From Candidatus Falkowbacteria bacterium (GTDB lineage: Bacteria > Patescibacteriota > Patescibacteriia > Patescibacteriales > WJLG01): a DNA stretch of 64,000 bases. Position 1 is the first letter of the stretch. Every line of letters begins with the position of its first letter. The DNA is taken from NCBI GenBank assembly GCA_963747695.1, contig CAVVFV010000010.1, forward strand, positions 69,618-133,617, read 5' to 3'. The notes under the pieces are model-generated. The model was not told the origin of the DNA. It made no database searches and was given only the letters and a program-made list of their open reading frames with translations. A program made the translations under genes and the position numbers. Shown here piece by piece: positions 44,639 through 52,819 of the stretch.

Positions 44639-45376
44639 TTATACCAATAAATCTTCAGCGATGGCCAGTTCAGCGGGACTGTTGATCCCTATGGCCTCAT
44701 GCGCTTCGATCGGCAAGCTGGAAATATTCAGTCCCGATTGAAAAGCGATCTTCACCATATCGGTCAGATAATATTCGCTTTGCTTATTATTGTTAGTGAG
44801 TTGGTCGATATTTTCCCAGAGCCAGGATTTTTTGAAACAAAAAAGTCCCGGATTCACCTCGGTAATCTTCCTGGTTTCCTCGTCGGCATCCTTGAATTCT
44901 TTGATCTCAACTATCTTGCCGTTACCGTCGCGAATAATTCTTCCCCAATGCAGAAAATTTTCCCGCCAATCGGAAAAATCAGGAAGCGCCACTGTCATCA
45001 TCGTCAATTCGCCCTGATGCGCCTTGACCAAATTCCTGATCGTCTCTTGGGTGATGAAAGGATGATCGCCATAAAGCCCGATCAGATTTTCAATCTCCTC
45101 TCCTACTTTTTGCCGGGCGCAGGCAAAGGCATGGCCGGTCCCCAGCTGCTTATCCTGGATGGCATAATCACAATCAAATTCCTGTAAAGCTTTCCGGATG
45201 ATTGCTTCGTTTGAAGGCGAAACGACGATAATCGGCCGGTCACAAACTCCGGAAGCCTTAACTTCTCTTAATAACCGCTTAATCATTGGCTCTCCTCTGA
45301 TCTCGATCAAGACCTTGGGCAACTCAGAGTTCATCCTCGTCCCCTTGCCCGCCGCCAAAACAACCACTTTATTCAT
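44639..45376 (-). CDS. Sugar-1-phosphate nucleotidyltransferase (GlmU N-terminal-domain-like, no acetyltransferase domain)
   Basis: 245 aa; LAAGKGTRMNSELPKVL, GTGHA. Confidence 0.85.
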   Translation of the reverse strand: MNKVVVLAAGKGTRMNSELPKVLIEIRGEPMIKRLLREVKASGVCDRPIIVVSPSNEAIIRKALQEFDCDYAIQDKQLGTGHAFACARQKVGEEIENLIGLYGDHPFITQETIRNLVKAHQGELTMMTVALPDFSDWRENFLHWGRIIRDGNGKIVEIKEFKDADEETRKITEVNPGLFCFKKSWLWENIDQLTNNNKQSEYYLTDMVKIAFQSGLNISSLPIEAHEAIGINSPAELAIAEDLLV

Positions 45377-45424
45377 AAAGATAATTTAATGTCTTAGTTT
45401 TACTATAATAACAAATAAAACCAA

Positions 45425-45455
45425 ATAAAAAAAGCCCCGGGAGTCTGCAGGGCTT
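45425..45455 (-). terminator. Putative intrinsic terminator
   Basis: The minus strand reads AAGCCC-loop-GGGCTT followed by TTTTTTT, downstream of the 45485 stop. Confidence 0.55.
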
Positions 45456-45484
45456 GTGACAAAACTAGCAGCTAATCATGAATT

Positions 45485-46033
45485 TCAAGCTGGTTTTTTC
45501 TTAATGGGCAGTTGTTCAAATACGACTTCTTCCTCCGAATCGATTTCGATGTGAGAGATTTCCTGCGGGCCGAGCGGTTCATTCGTTTTCTTTGGCAGAC
45601 CGAGTGCATTAACGATCGAGTGCATATCGTCCGCGAATTTATCCGGCGCTTCTCGGGACGGAGTTGTTTTTTTGAATTTCCCCGCCGGATAGCCGGATTC
45701 CGCTTCGTCATCGGCGCCACGAGTTTTCGGAACCGGCTTCTCGGGCAGCTGGGCGTCAAATTCCTTGGTTAAATCCGTGCCAAAACCCGAGTATCTCTGA
45801 ACCGACAGACTCAATCGGACATCTTCCGGATCAGCCGGATTAAATCCGATGGTGATAACTTTCCGCGGCTCGCCATTTTTACTGACAAAATAAAATGTCC
45901 CGGGATAAGAATTATGGCAATAGACGACGGTCGGAAACAGCTTCATCAGCGTCCGGAAAAGAAATGCGCCGATCACCGCCCACGCCTTCGCCAGAGCCTT
46001 AAAGAACGCTTCATATCTTCCACTAATATCCAC
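45485..46033 (-). CDS. Hypothetical protein
   Basis: No motif recognised. AAGGAGG lies 5 nt upstream of the GTG at 46033, whereas the ORF-track GTG at 46039 overlaps the SD itself. Confidence 0.5.
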   Translation of the reverse strand: MDISGRYEAFFKALAKAWAVIGAFLFRTLMKLFPTVVYCHNSYPGTFYFVSKNGEPRKVITIGFNPADPEDVRLSLSVQRYSGFGTDLTKEFDAQLPEKPVPKTRGADDEAESGYPAGKFKKTTPSREAPDKFADDMHSIVNALGLPKKTNEPLGPQEISHIEIDSEEEVVFEQLPIKKKPA

Positions 46034-46119
46034 AATCACCTCCTTGGTTAATGAAATATCTCCAAACTATTTCTCTATCTTTTATCATATTTATGAATCA
46101 AAGTCAACGCTTTAAAAAA

Positions 46120-46207
46120 GGTCACAGTCCGCGGCGAGACTGTGACCGAACCAAAGACATTTTTTATTAATTACCGTAAGCGTCGCGGTCCGAGATGAGA
46201 CTGCGAC
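46120..46207 (-). terminator. Two GC hairpins of the GCAGTC...GACTGC family downstream of the AT-rich cassette
   Basis: 46182-46207 reads GTCGCGGTCCGAGATGAGACTGCGAC and 46120-46147 reads GGTCACAGTCCGCGGCGAGACTGTGACC. The latter is followed on the minus strand by TTTTTT (46119-46114). Confidence 0.65.
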
Positions 46208-46216
46208 AGAATCAAC

Positions 46217-46594
46217 CTATAAAATGGTTTTTTCTTTTTTAGCTTTCAAAATTAATTTATCAAAATCTTCCCGGGGTATAAGCGGGCAAAACTGACCCCA
46301 AATCCACTTGTTCTTTGCCCTACCAATTTTGCCAACTATATAATATCCAACCCTATATTCAATATCTCCAATTTTATTTGAATTTTTATGAGTTATAATT
46401 CCATCAGATTTTTCTTTTCTCAATCTTTCAACAACAAAGACCTTTTTATCCAAATTTGATTGTATCATCAAGGTCATCGCTTCTTTAATAAAATAAAACC
46501 TGCCTTTTCTGCCAATATCTTTCATTCCTATTAGCTTATCTTTGTCTTGCCAAAATTGTTGCTTTTTTCTCTTTATAAATTCTTGTGCTGTCAT
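46217..46594 (-). CDS. Hypothetical protein, third gene of the AT-rich cassette
   Basis: 125 aa. The ATG overlaps the upstream stop (ATGA, 46591-46594). No motif recognised. Confidence 0.55.
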   Translation of the reverse strand: MTAQEFIKRKKQQFWQDKDKLIGMKDIGRKGRFYFIKEAMTLMIQSNLDKKVFVVERLRKEKSDGIITHKNSNKIGDIEYRVGYYIVGKIGRAKNKWIWGQFCPLIPREDFDKLILKAKKEKTIL

Positions 46595-46956
46595 ATTTTT
46601 ATTTTTTTTATTATATTGAGTACGCTTTTATTGTATTCGTAGGAAGTATATTTTTTTGGCTCAATTTTCTTTAGTGCTTCAGAGCTTAATTCAAAAATTT
46701 CTATATTACTTGATTCCTTTACGTTGCACACAATAAAGATAGAAAAAATATCGTTTTTTATTTTTTCATATTGTTTATCGGTGAAAGATAAAAAATCTAA
46801 ATTTTTATAAGCTTTATTTTTGGTCTTAACTTCCGCATATTTGCCGTCGACAATTAAATCAAAGGTTTTTTTGTTTGACTCCTCAACAATTCTTCCCCTT
46901 TTGCGCAAATATTCTTTCAATATACTCATTCCTTTTGCTTCAATTGGATTTGGCAT
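46591..46956 (-). CDS. Small PD-(D/E)xK-like nuclease (DUF3883/Mrr-like layout), second gene of the cassette
   Basis: 121 aa. FDLIVDGKYAEVKTK gives D-x8-E-x-K, followed by LSFTDKQYEKI...FSIFIVCNV. Confidence 0.55.
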   Translation of the reverse strand: MPNPIEAKGMSILKEYLRKRGRIVEESNKKTFDLIVDGKYAEVKTKNKAYKNLDFLSFTDKQYEKIKNDIFSIFIVCNVKESSNIEIFELSSEALKKIEPKKYTSYEYNKSVLNIIKKIKI

Positions 46957-46983
46957 AATTTTCTCTATTGCGAGCGATAAATA

Positions 46984-47664
46984 TTATTTATGAAGTTTAT
47001 CCAATATTTCAATTCTTCTCATAAAATTAGGTAAATCTAAATCGATTAAACTCGAACCTTTCCCCTTTTGGTATATTTGACGAAGATACAAAGATACCGA
47101 AAATACGTATAGGTCTAAAAATTTATTCATTTCGTTTGGAAGATTTAAAGTTTTCACCGCGATGATAGATAGCGGATTTAATCCTCTTTCGTCCGAAGAT
47201 ATTGGCATCCAATAAATAAGCAAGGGGTTAATTTTAAAAGTCTCATATCCTGCTGGCCTTTTCATCGGAATCAAAACTTTCGTCACTCCGTTCGGATGTT
47301 CCTTTTCGCCGGACAGATCAGTTTTTAATTGACCTTTCCAATAATGTTCAACTATTTTTTTTATTTCATCGTCGTTCGCATCTGATCTTAGTCTTGCACC
47401 TCCAATAGCAGTCGCGGCCCAATTTTTTATTTCGCATTGAAGCAATTGACTACCATCAACGATCCACCTATCCAATCTGTGTCCTCTTTTGGTTCCCTGA
47501 GTAACAGGGTCATCAAGAAGTTTTACTTCATTATTTCTAAAATGTTTGTAAACAGCGGCATTCAACTCCTCGCCCATCATTGATATAATGGCATTTGCAT
47601 CTCCCTTTTTAGAATCAACTTGGTCGTCAAAAAAATCAAGCAAATCTTTAATATTTAATTTCAT
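46984..47664 (-). CDS. Putative PD-(D/E)xK restriction-endonuclease-fold protein, first gene of the cassette
   Basis: 226 aa. A helix-borne E (GEELNAAV), then LDRWIVDGSQLLQCEIKNW, which gives D-x12-E-x-K. Confidence 0.5.
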   Translation of the reverse strand: MKLNIKDLLDFFDDQVDSKKGDANAIISMMGEELNAAVYKHFRNNEVKLLDDPVTQGTKRGHRLDRWIVDGSQLLQCEIKNWAATAIGGARLRSDANDDEIKKIVEHYWKGQLKTDLSGEKEHPNGVTKVLIPMKRPAGYETFKINPLLIYWMPISSDERGLNPLSIIAVKTLNLPNEMNKFLDLYVFSVSLYLRQIYQKGKGSSLIDLDLPNFMRRIEILDKLHK

Positions 47665-47679
47665 AAATTTTATTCTTTA

Positions 47680-48005
47680 TAGCGAGCATTGAAAAATTTT
47701 GGAAATGGCGCGCAGCGCAGAAACCGTGCAAAATTGCGTTGTCCGAAGTCCCTCACCATTTCTGTTATCAAACAGAAATGGTGAGGGGCAAGTATAGCAA
47801 TTTTGCTAGGTTTCATAGCGGAGCGGCCCAAAATTTTTCCTGCGAGCAGTTTTTGCGCCACTTTTTTAAAAAAGTGGCAAAGATTTTTGAAATATTGTCG
47901 GGAATAGACCCACCCCACCTCGCCGGGCTCGGCACCCCTCCCAAGAGGGGAATTTTTTACACACCCCGGCCTTCGGCCACCCCTCTTAATAGAGGGAACT
48001 TTATA
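47680..48005 (+). repeat. Structured repeat, copy C (core 47680-47878) plus module 2 (47894-47959) and an extra GC hairpin (47961-48005)
   Basis: S1 47691-47702/47828-47839, S2 47720-47725/47809-47814, S3 47728-47737/47797-47806. The apical insert is a perfect 16-bp hairpin (47751-47786). The palindrome is CCACTTTTTTAAAAAAGTGG, followed by CCCCTC-CCAA-GAGGGG plus a T run. The strand is tentative. Confidence 0.8.
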
Positions 48006-48084
48006 TTTTAGTATTATCACTAATTCCCTAAAATAGCAAAAAGCCCTCTTTAAAAGGCTTTTTGAGTATAAAAAAACATCATTA

Positions 48085-48199
48085 TTCTGGCGGCTTCCTA
48101 CTCTACCAGGGCTCAGGCCCAAGTACCATCGGAGCAAGCGGGCTTAACTTCTGAGTTCGGGATGGGATCAGGTGTGACCCCGCCGCGATGCCACCAAAA
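48085..48199 (-). rRNA. rrf: 5S ribosomal RNA
   Basis: The reverse strand reads UUUUGGUGGCAUCGCGGCGGGGUCACACCUGAUCCCAUCCCGAACUCAGAAGUUAAGC...CUGGUAGAGUAGGAAGCCGCCAGAA, and the terminal helix closes. Confidence 0.9.
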
Positions 48200-48422
48200 T
48201 AATGATGTCTTTCGTATGTCAGCGCAAGAACGCTGACAACTGAATACTATAGATAATCTTGTAAAGAAATATGTCGTTCGTATTTTTCATCTTAGAAACA
48301 AAAATGTGGGAAAATCAAATGGTTTATTAGTATCCCTCCGCTCAATATCTTACGATACTTACACGTAGGACCTATCAAGGCAGTATTCTCCTGCCAACCT
48401 GTGAAACCTAATCTTAGAGACA

Positions 48423-48453
<31 letters not shown>

Positions 48454-48622
48454 AAAACCGAAGGTAGCTACTCGGCAATGCCCCTGGCGGGACAGTCGAT
48501 ACACCAGAGCTTCGTTAATCCCGGTCCTCTCGTACTAGGGATTAGACTCTTCAAGTTTCCGCGACCATAGTAGATAGGAGACCAACCTGTCTTACGACGG
48601 TTTGAACCCAGCTCGCGTGCCT

Positions 48623-48653
<31 letters not shown>

Positions 48654-49206
48654 GCTTCTACACCCCCAGGATGAGACGGGCCGACATCGAGGTGCCGAAC
48701 CTGGTCGTCGCTGTGGACGCTTGGACCAGACTAGCCTGTTATCCCCAGAGTAGCTTTTATCCGATGAGCTTCCACCATCCTATATTGGATGGTCGGATCA
48801 CTAAGTTCTGCTTTCGCAACTGCTCGACGTGTCAGTCTTGCAGTAAAGCCGGCTTGTGCCTTTGCGCTATCTCCCGGGTTTCCATTCCGGGATAGCCGAC
48901 CTTTGTAAACGCCTCAGTTACTTTTTATGAGGCATCCGCCCCAGACAAACTACCCGCCAGACACTGTTCCCCGGAAGGATTCACTTCCTAGGGTAAGAAT
49001 TTAGAACAAACAAGGGTGGTATCTCACTGGTGCCCGAAGGCTCCCACCTATTCTGAACATGCGTATCCCAAATCCAATATCAAGTTATAGTAAAGCTTCA
49101 TGGGGTCTTTTCGTCCAGCTATGGTTAATGAGCATCTTCACTCATCCTGCAATTTCGCCGAGTGCATCGTTGAGACAGCGCCCAACTAGTTACGCCATTC
49201 AAGCAC

Positions 49207-49246
<40 letters not shown>

Positions 49247-49250
49247 GATT

Positions 49251-50005
49251 CATTGATGTTAAACCTCTCTTAGGTTCCTCTGATCGAGGCTTTATGTCTC
49301 CATAAAGATCGGACTATATCATCCGCGGTTTTCCGGACGGAAAGCGCGCGGTTCGGCGTGTAGTCTCTGAGGATTATCTACTCGCGATTCTTCAAAATCG
49401 CTTTGGTTATATTTTCTTTTTCTTCCGCGGCCGGCATTTAATTCTTCTCTTAATGCGACGATTCTTTTTAAACCGTCTTCGTTTAAATGCTCTTTGCTGA
49501 AAACTAATTCAGCGATCCGGCTGAAGATTGAAAAATTTTTCTTTTTCGTCTGGGAAAGGAAATAAAATTTCCGAAAAAACGGAATCACTTTCTCTTGGAT
49601 GGAAAGCGGATTGCTGACGACATACATATGCAATCCGTCGCGCCGTTCGACTAATCTTCCGCAGCCTAAAATCTTTTTAAACTGCGAGAGGATATAACTT
49701 TCCTTTTGGGAAACGTTAAATGTCAGAACGACTTGCCAGCCCATTTTATGGTCCGGCCTCTTTCTCAAAGAGACATTGAAACTTCCTTCACCATCGGTAA
49801 AACCGGCGAAATAGTAACCTATTTCCGGTTTTATGTTGTTTAACCAATCCTGATTCATAGATTCTTTCCTGCGGATTGTCCGCCAATGACTTTTAAAGTC
49901 ATGTTAACTTTTTGATTTTTACTGCGGATTAAATTTTCCACGAGTACAAAAAGCTTGGGCGGATGTTCCCGCATTTAGCCAAATTTTTTAACTACAATTC
50001 TGTTC
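49251..50005 (-). mobile_element. Group I intron in 23S rRNA helix 69 (E. coli U1917/A1918 site)
   Basis: The 5' exon ends in U (50006). Intron nt 11-16, GUAGUU (49990-49995), pair with exon AACUAU to form P1 with a U.G wobble. The last intron nt is G (49251). The ligated exons restore a helix 69 loop UAACUAUAA. Confidence 0.88.
49319..49858 (-). CDS. LAGLIDADG homing endonuclease (single-motif, I-CreI size class), intron-encoded
   Basis: 179 aa with an ATG start. It carries the motif YFAGFTDGEGSFNV and lies wholly inside the intron. Confidence 0.88.
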   Translation of the reverse strand: MNQDWLNNIKPEIGYYFAGFTDGEGSFNVSLRKRPDHKMGWQVVLTFNVSQKESYILSQFKKILGCGRLVERRDGLHMYVVSNPLSIQEKVIPFFRKFYFLSQTKKKNFSIFSRIAELVFSKEHLNEDGLKRIVALREELNAGRGRKRKYNQSDFEESRVDNPQRLHAEPRAFRPENRG

Positions 50006-51444
50006 ATAGTTATCGCCGGCGTTCATCCACGCTTCGGTTCAAGGCTTCATCCCGCTTACGCGGGATTAACCCCTCTCCTTAACGTTTGGACACTGGCCAG
50101 GCGTCACTCCCTATACATCCTCTTACGAGTTAGCAGAGAGCTGTGTTTTTGGTAAACAGTCCGTTGGGCTCTTTCGCTGCGGCCCATCTTGCGATGGGCA
50201 GGCCTTCTTGCGAACTTACGGCCGATTTTTTGCCGAGTTCCTTAACGATGATTCTCTCGTGCACCTTAGTCTTCTCGACTCGCCAACCTGTGTCGGTTTT
50301 AGTACGGGTACCGTTTCCTTAACCCTAGAGAGTTTTCTGGGAAGTCCCTCCCCGCAAATTGACGATCTATTGCTAGACCATCTGCAAACAACCTCTTGAA
50401 ATATCGCTCCGGATTTGCCTGGAGCTATTCTTGAAGCAATTAGCGCATATACCAATATCGCGCTTGCGGTTCGAAACTTCGTTATCCCATTGGAAAAAAA
50501 CGGTAGTGCTGGAATATTAACCAGCTTATCCATCGGCTACGCCCCCATTACAAAGGCCTCGTCTTAGGACCGACTAACCCTGGGCCGATTTACGTTGCCC
50601 AGGAAACCTTAGGCTTTCGGTGGGCGGGGTTTTAACCCGCCTTTGTGCTACTCATGCCAACATTCTCTCTTCTTGCCGCTCCACCACGTCTCGCGGCGTG
50701 GCTTCAGCGCAGGCAAGAATGCTCCTCTACCGATCCATAATAATAAATTACTATGAATCCCGTATCTTCGGTAATATACTTAGCCCCGATAAGTCTTCGG
50801 CGCGAAACAACTTGACTAGTGAGCTATTACGCTATCTTTAAAGGATGGCTGCTTCTAAGCCAACCTCCTAGTTGTCGCAGTCACGACACCACCTTTTACA
50901 CTTAGTATATATTTAGGGACCTTAGATTACGATTTGGGCTGTTTCCCTTTTGACCGATGAAGCTTAGCCCCCATGGTCTGACTCCCGAGTTATGTTGAAT
51001 GGTATTCGGAGTTTGGTTAAGAATAATATCTTGCGACTTACCCTCATTCAGTGCTCTACCCCCATTCATAAACACTCGAGGCTAGCCCTAAAGCTATTTC
51101 GAGGAGAACCAGCTATTGCCTAGTTCGATTGAAATTTCATCCCTAACCACAAATCATCCCCTAGTGTTGCACGGCTAGTGGGTTCGGTCCTCCATCCGTC
51201 TTTCGACGAACTTCAACCTGTCTGTGGTTAGATCACCAGGCTTCGGGTCTTATACGCGCGACAAACGGGCTATTAACCCTCGCTTTCACTACGCCTGCTC
51301 CGCAGAGCGGATTAGGCAAGCCGCGCGCAATAAACTCGTTGGCTCATTCTTCAATAGGCACGCCGTCACTCTGGCTTGCGCCAAAGCTCCGACTCCTTAT
51401 AAGTATATGGTTTCAGGTACTATTTCAACTCCCTCACCGGGATG

Positions 51445-51481
<37 letters not shown>

Positions 51482-52693
51482 ATCATAAAAAGTATTTAGT
51501 CTTGGATCATAGTCGACCCGGATTCACGCGGGATTTCACGAGTCCCGCGCTACTTAAGAATAATAAAGACGGTTCAATAATGCGTGTCGCGTACGGGGCT
51601 ATCACCCTCTTTGGCCTAGCTTTCCAGCTAGCTTCTGCTACACATTATCACATCCCGCTTCGTCCATCCCAAGGGACAAAAGATACTATTCTTGCAACTA
51701 CCCGTGAACATGTGGACTTGGATCCTTCCTAATCCCATACCCGAAGGCACAGGATTATTCAGTTCATGAGATTTAGACTGGTCCCCTTTCGCTCGCCACT
51801 ACTTGGGGAATCAGGTTTTCATTAAAATCCCGAAAGTAAACGGAACTTTAATGAAAACCTTTTTTATTAATTTCTTTTCCTCCGGCTACTAAGATGTTTC
51901 AGTTCACCGGGTAATCTACCTCTCTTGCGAGAGGTCATCCTGTCTTCAACAGGATAGGTTTCCCCATTCGGAAATCCTCGGATCAAAGGTTGCTTGCCAC
52001 CTCCCCGAAGCTTATCGCAGGCTGCTACGTCCTTCATCGTCTTTTTATGTCAAGGCATCCACCATACACCCTTAATGAGATTTTCCCACACTCCTATTTC
52101 TAAGAGTGTGTTGCTCATTTTTATCTTTAACTTTTTAACTTACTCTAAACTTTTTGGAAGTTTATAGTTCATTAACTTTTGCTGACGTTTTTAGACCTCT
52201 AATTAATTTTTCTTTACCTCTTTGTCCCACGAACGCGCGGGACAAAAATTATCTAAGTATTCAGTTGTCAAAGTTCTTTACGAAAACAGTATTTTAGAAA
52301 ACGATTTTTAAATCATTTTCTAAATTCTAATTTCGTTAAAAAATATTCGTGATATATTTGTTCGTAGTATTCGGATATTTCGTAGGTTCGGATTATATTT
52401 TGGCATTTAAAAAAACCGCTTATCAAGCGGTCAGCAAAACTTGCGGGCAAGTCATTTGTTAACTGCTTGAAATAAGAGAAGTTAATAAGCGATTTATCAT
52501 ATGGTTTGCCTTTGGGACTTTCGCCGAATGCCCTATTCGGCCTAAATCTCCAAAATTCGGCAAATTTATTTTAAAATTTTTTAGCCGATATGATTATATC
52601 GCCCAAAAAATTTTCAAATAAATTTGGCTCGAATTTTGTAAATTTATGCTCGAATAAGCAATCGACGACAGCCCCTGTTTTGTGATGTTATAA

Positions 52694-52721
52694 ATTATAC
52701 ATTATAGAAAATATCTGTCAA
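52694..52721 (-). promoter_or_regulatory. Putative promoter of the 23S-5S unit
   Basis: On the minus strand: TTGACA (52721-52716), 16-nt spacer, TATAAT (52699-52694), about 600 nt upstream of the mature 23S 5' end. Confidence 0.55.
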
Positions 52722-52733
52722 GAGGTGCGAGGC

Positions 52734-52815
52734 AAGTAAAAAGTAATAAGTAAAAAGTAACAAAATATAGCTAATAATAAATAATTTTTTACTTTTTACT
52801 TATTACTTTTTACTT
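52734..52815 (-). terminator. Long perfect A/T-rich inverted repeat after pilT (AAGTAAAAAGTAA-word family)
   Basis: 27-nt arms: AAGTAAAAAGTAATAAGTAAAAAGTAA (52734-52760) and its exact reverse complement (52789-52815), with a 28-nt loop. It begins 5 nt after the pilT stop. Confidence 0.6.
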
Positions 52816-52819
52816 TTGT

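Noticed and set aside
45472-45759. A 95-aa arginine-rich ORF overlapping 45485..46039 in another frame.
   Set aside because: It lies entirely within the longer SD-preceded ORF on the same strand. Its highly basic, low-complexity translation is typical of an off-frame artefact.
47670-48137. A 155-aa minus-strand ORF, and the 90-aa plus-strand ORF 47739..48011.
   Set aside because: Both run through structured-repeat copy C and its GC hairpins, and the longer one extends into the 5S rRNA gene. The reading frames are a by-product of the repeat sequence, not genes.
52088-52819. The 734-nt gap upstream of the 23S was searched by eye for a 16S gene, tRNAs or other known RNAs. The GGTTCGGATT at about 52388 resembles a T-loop.
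   Set aside because: There is no acceptor or anticodon stem context around the T-loop-like string and no conserved 16S blocks. The region is interpreted as promoter plus leader. tRNAscan-SE or cmscan would be needed to be certain.
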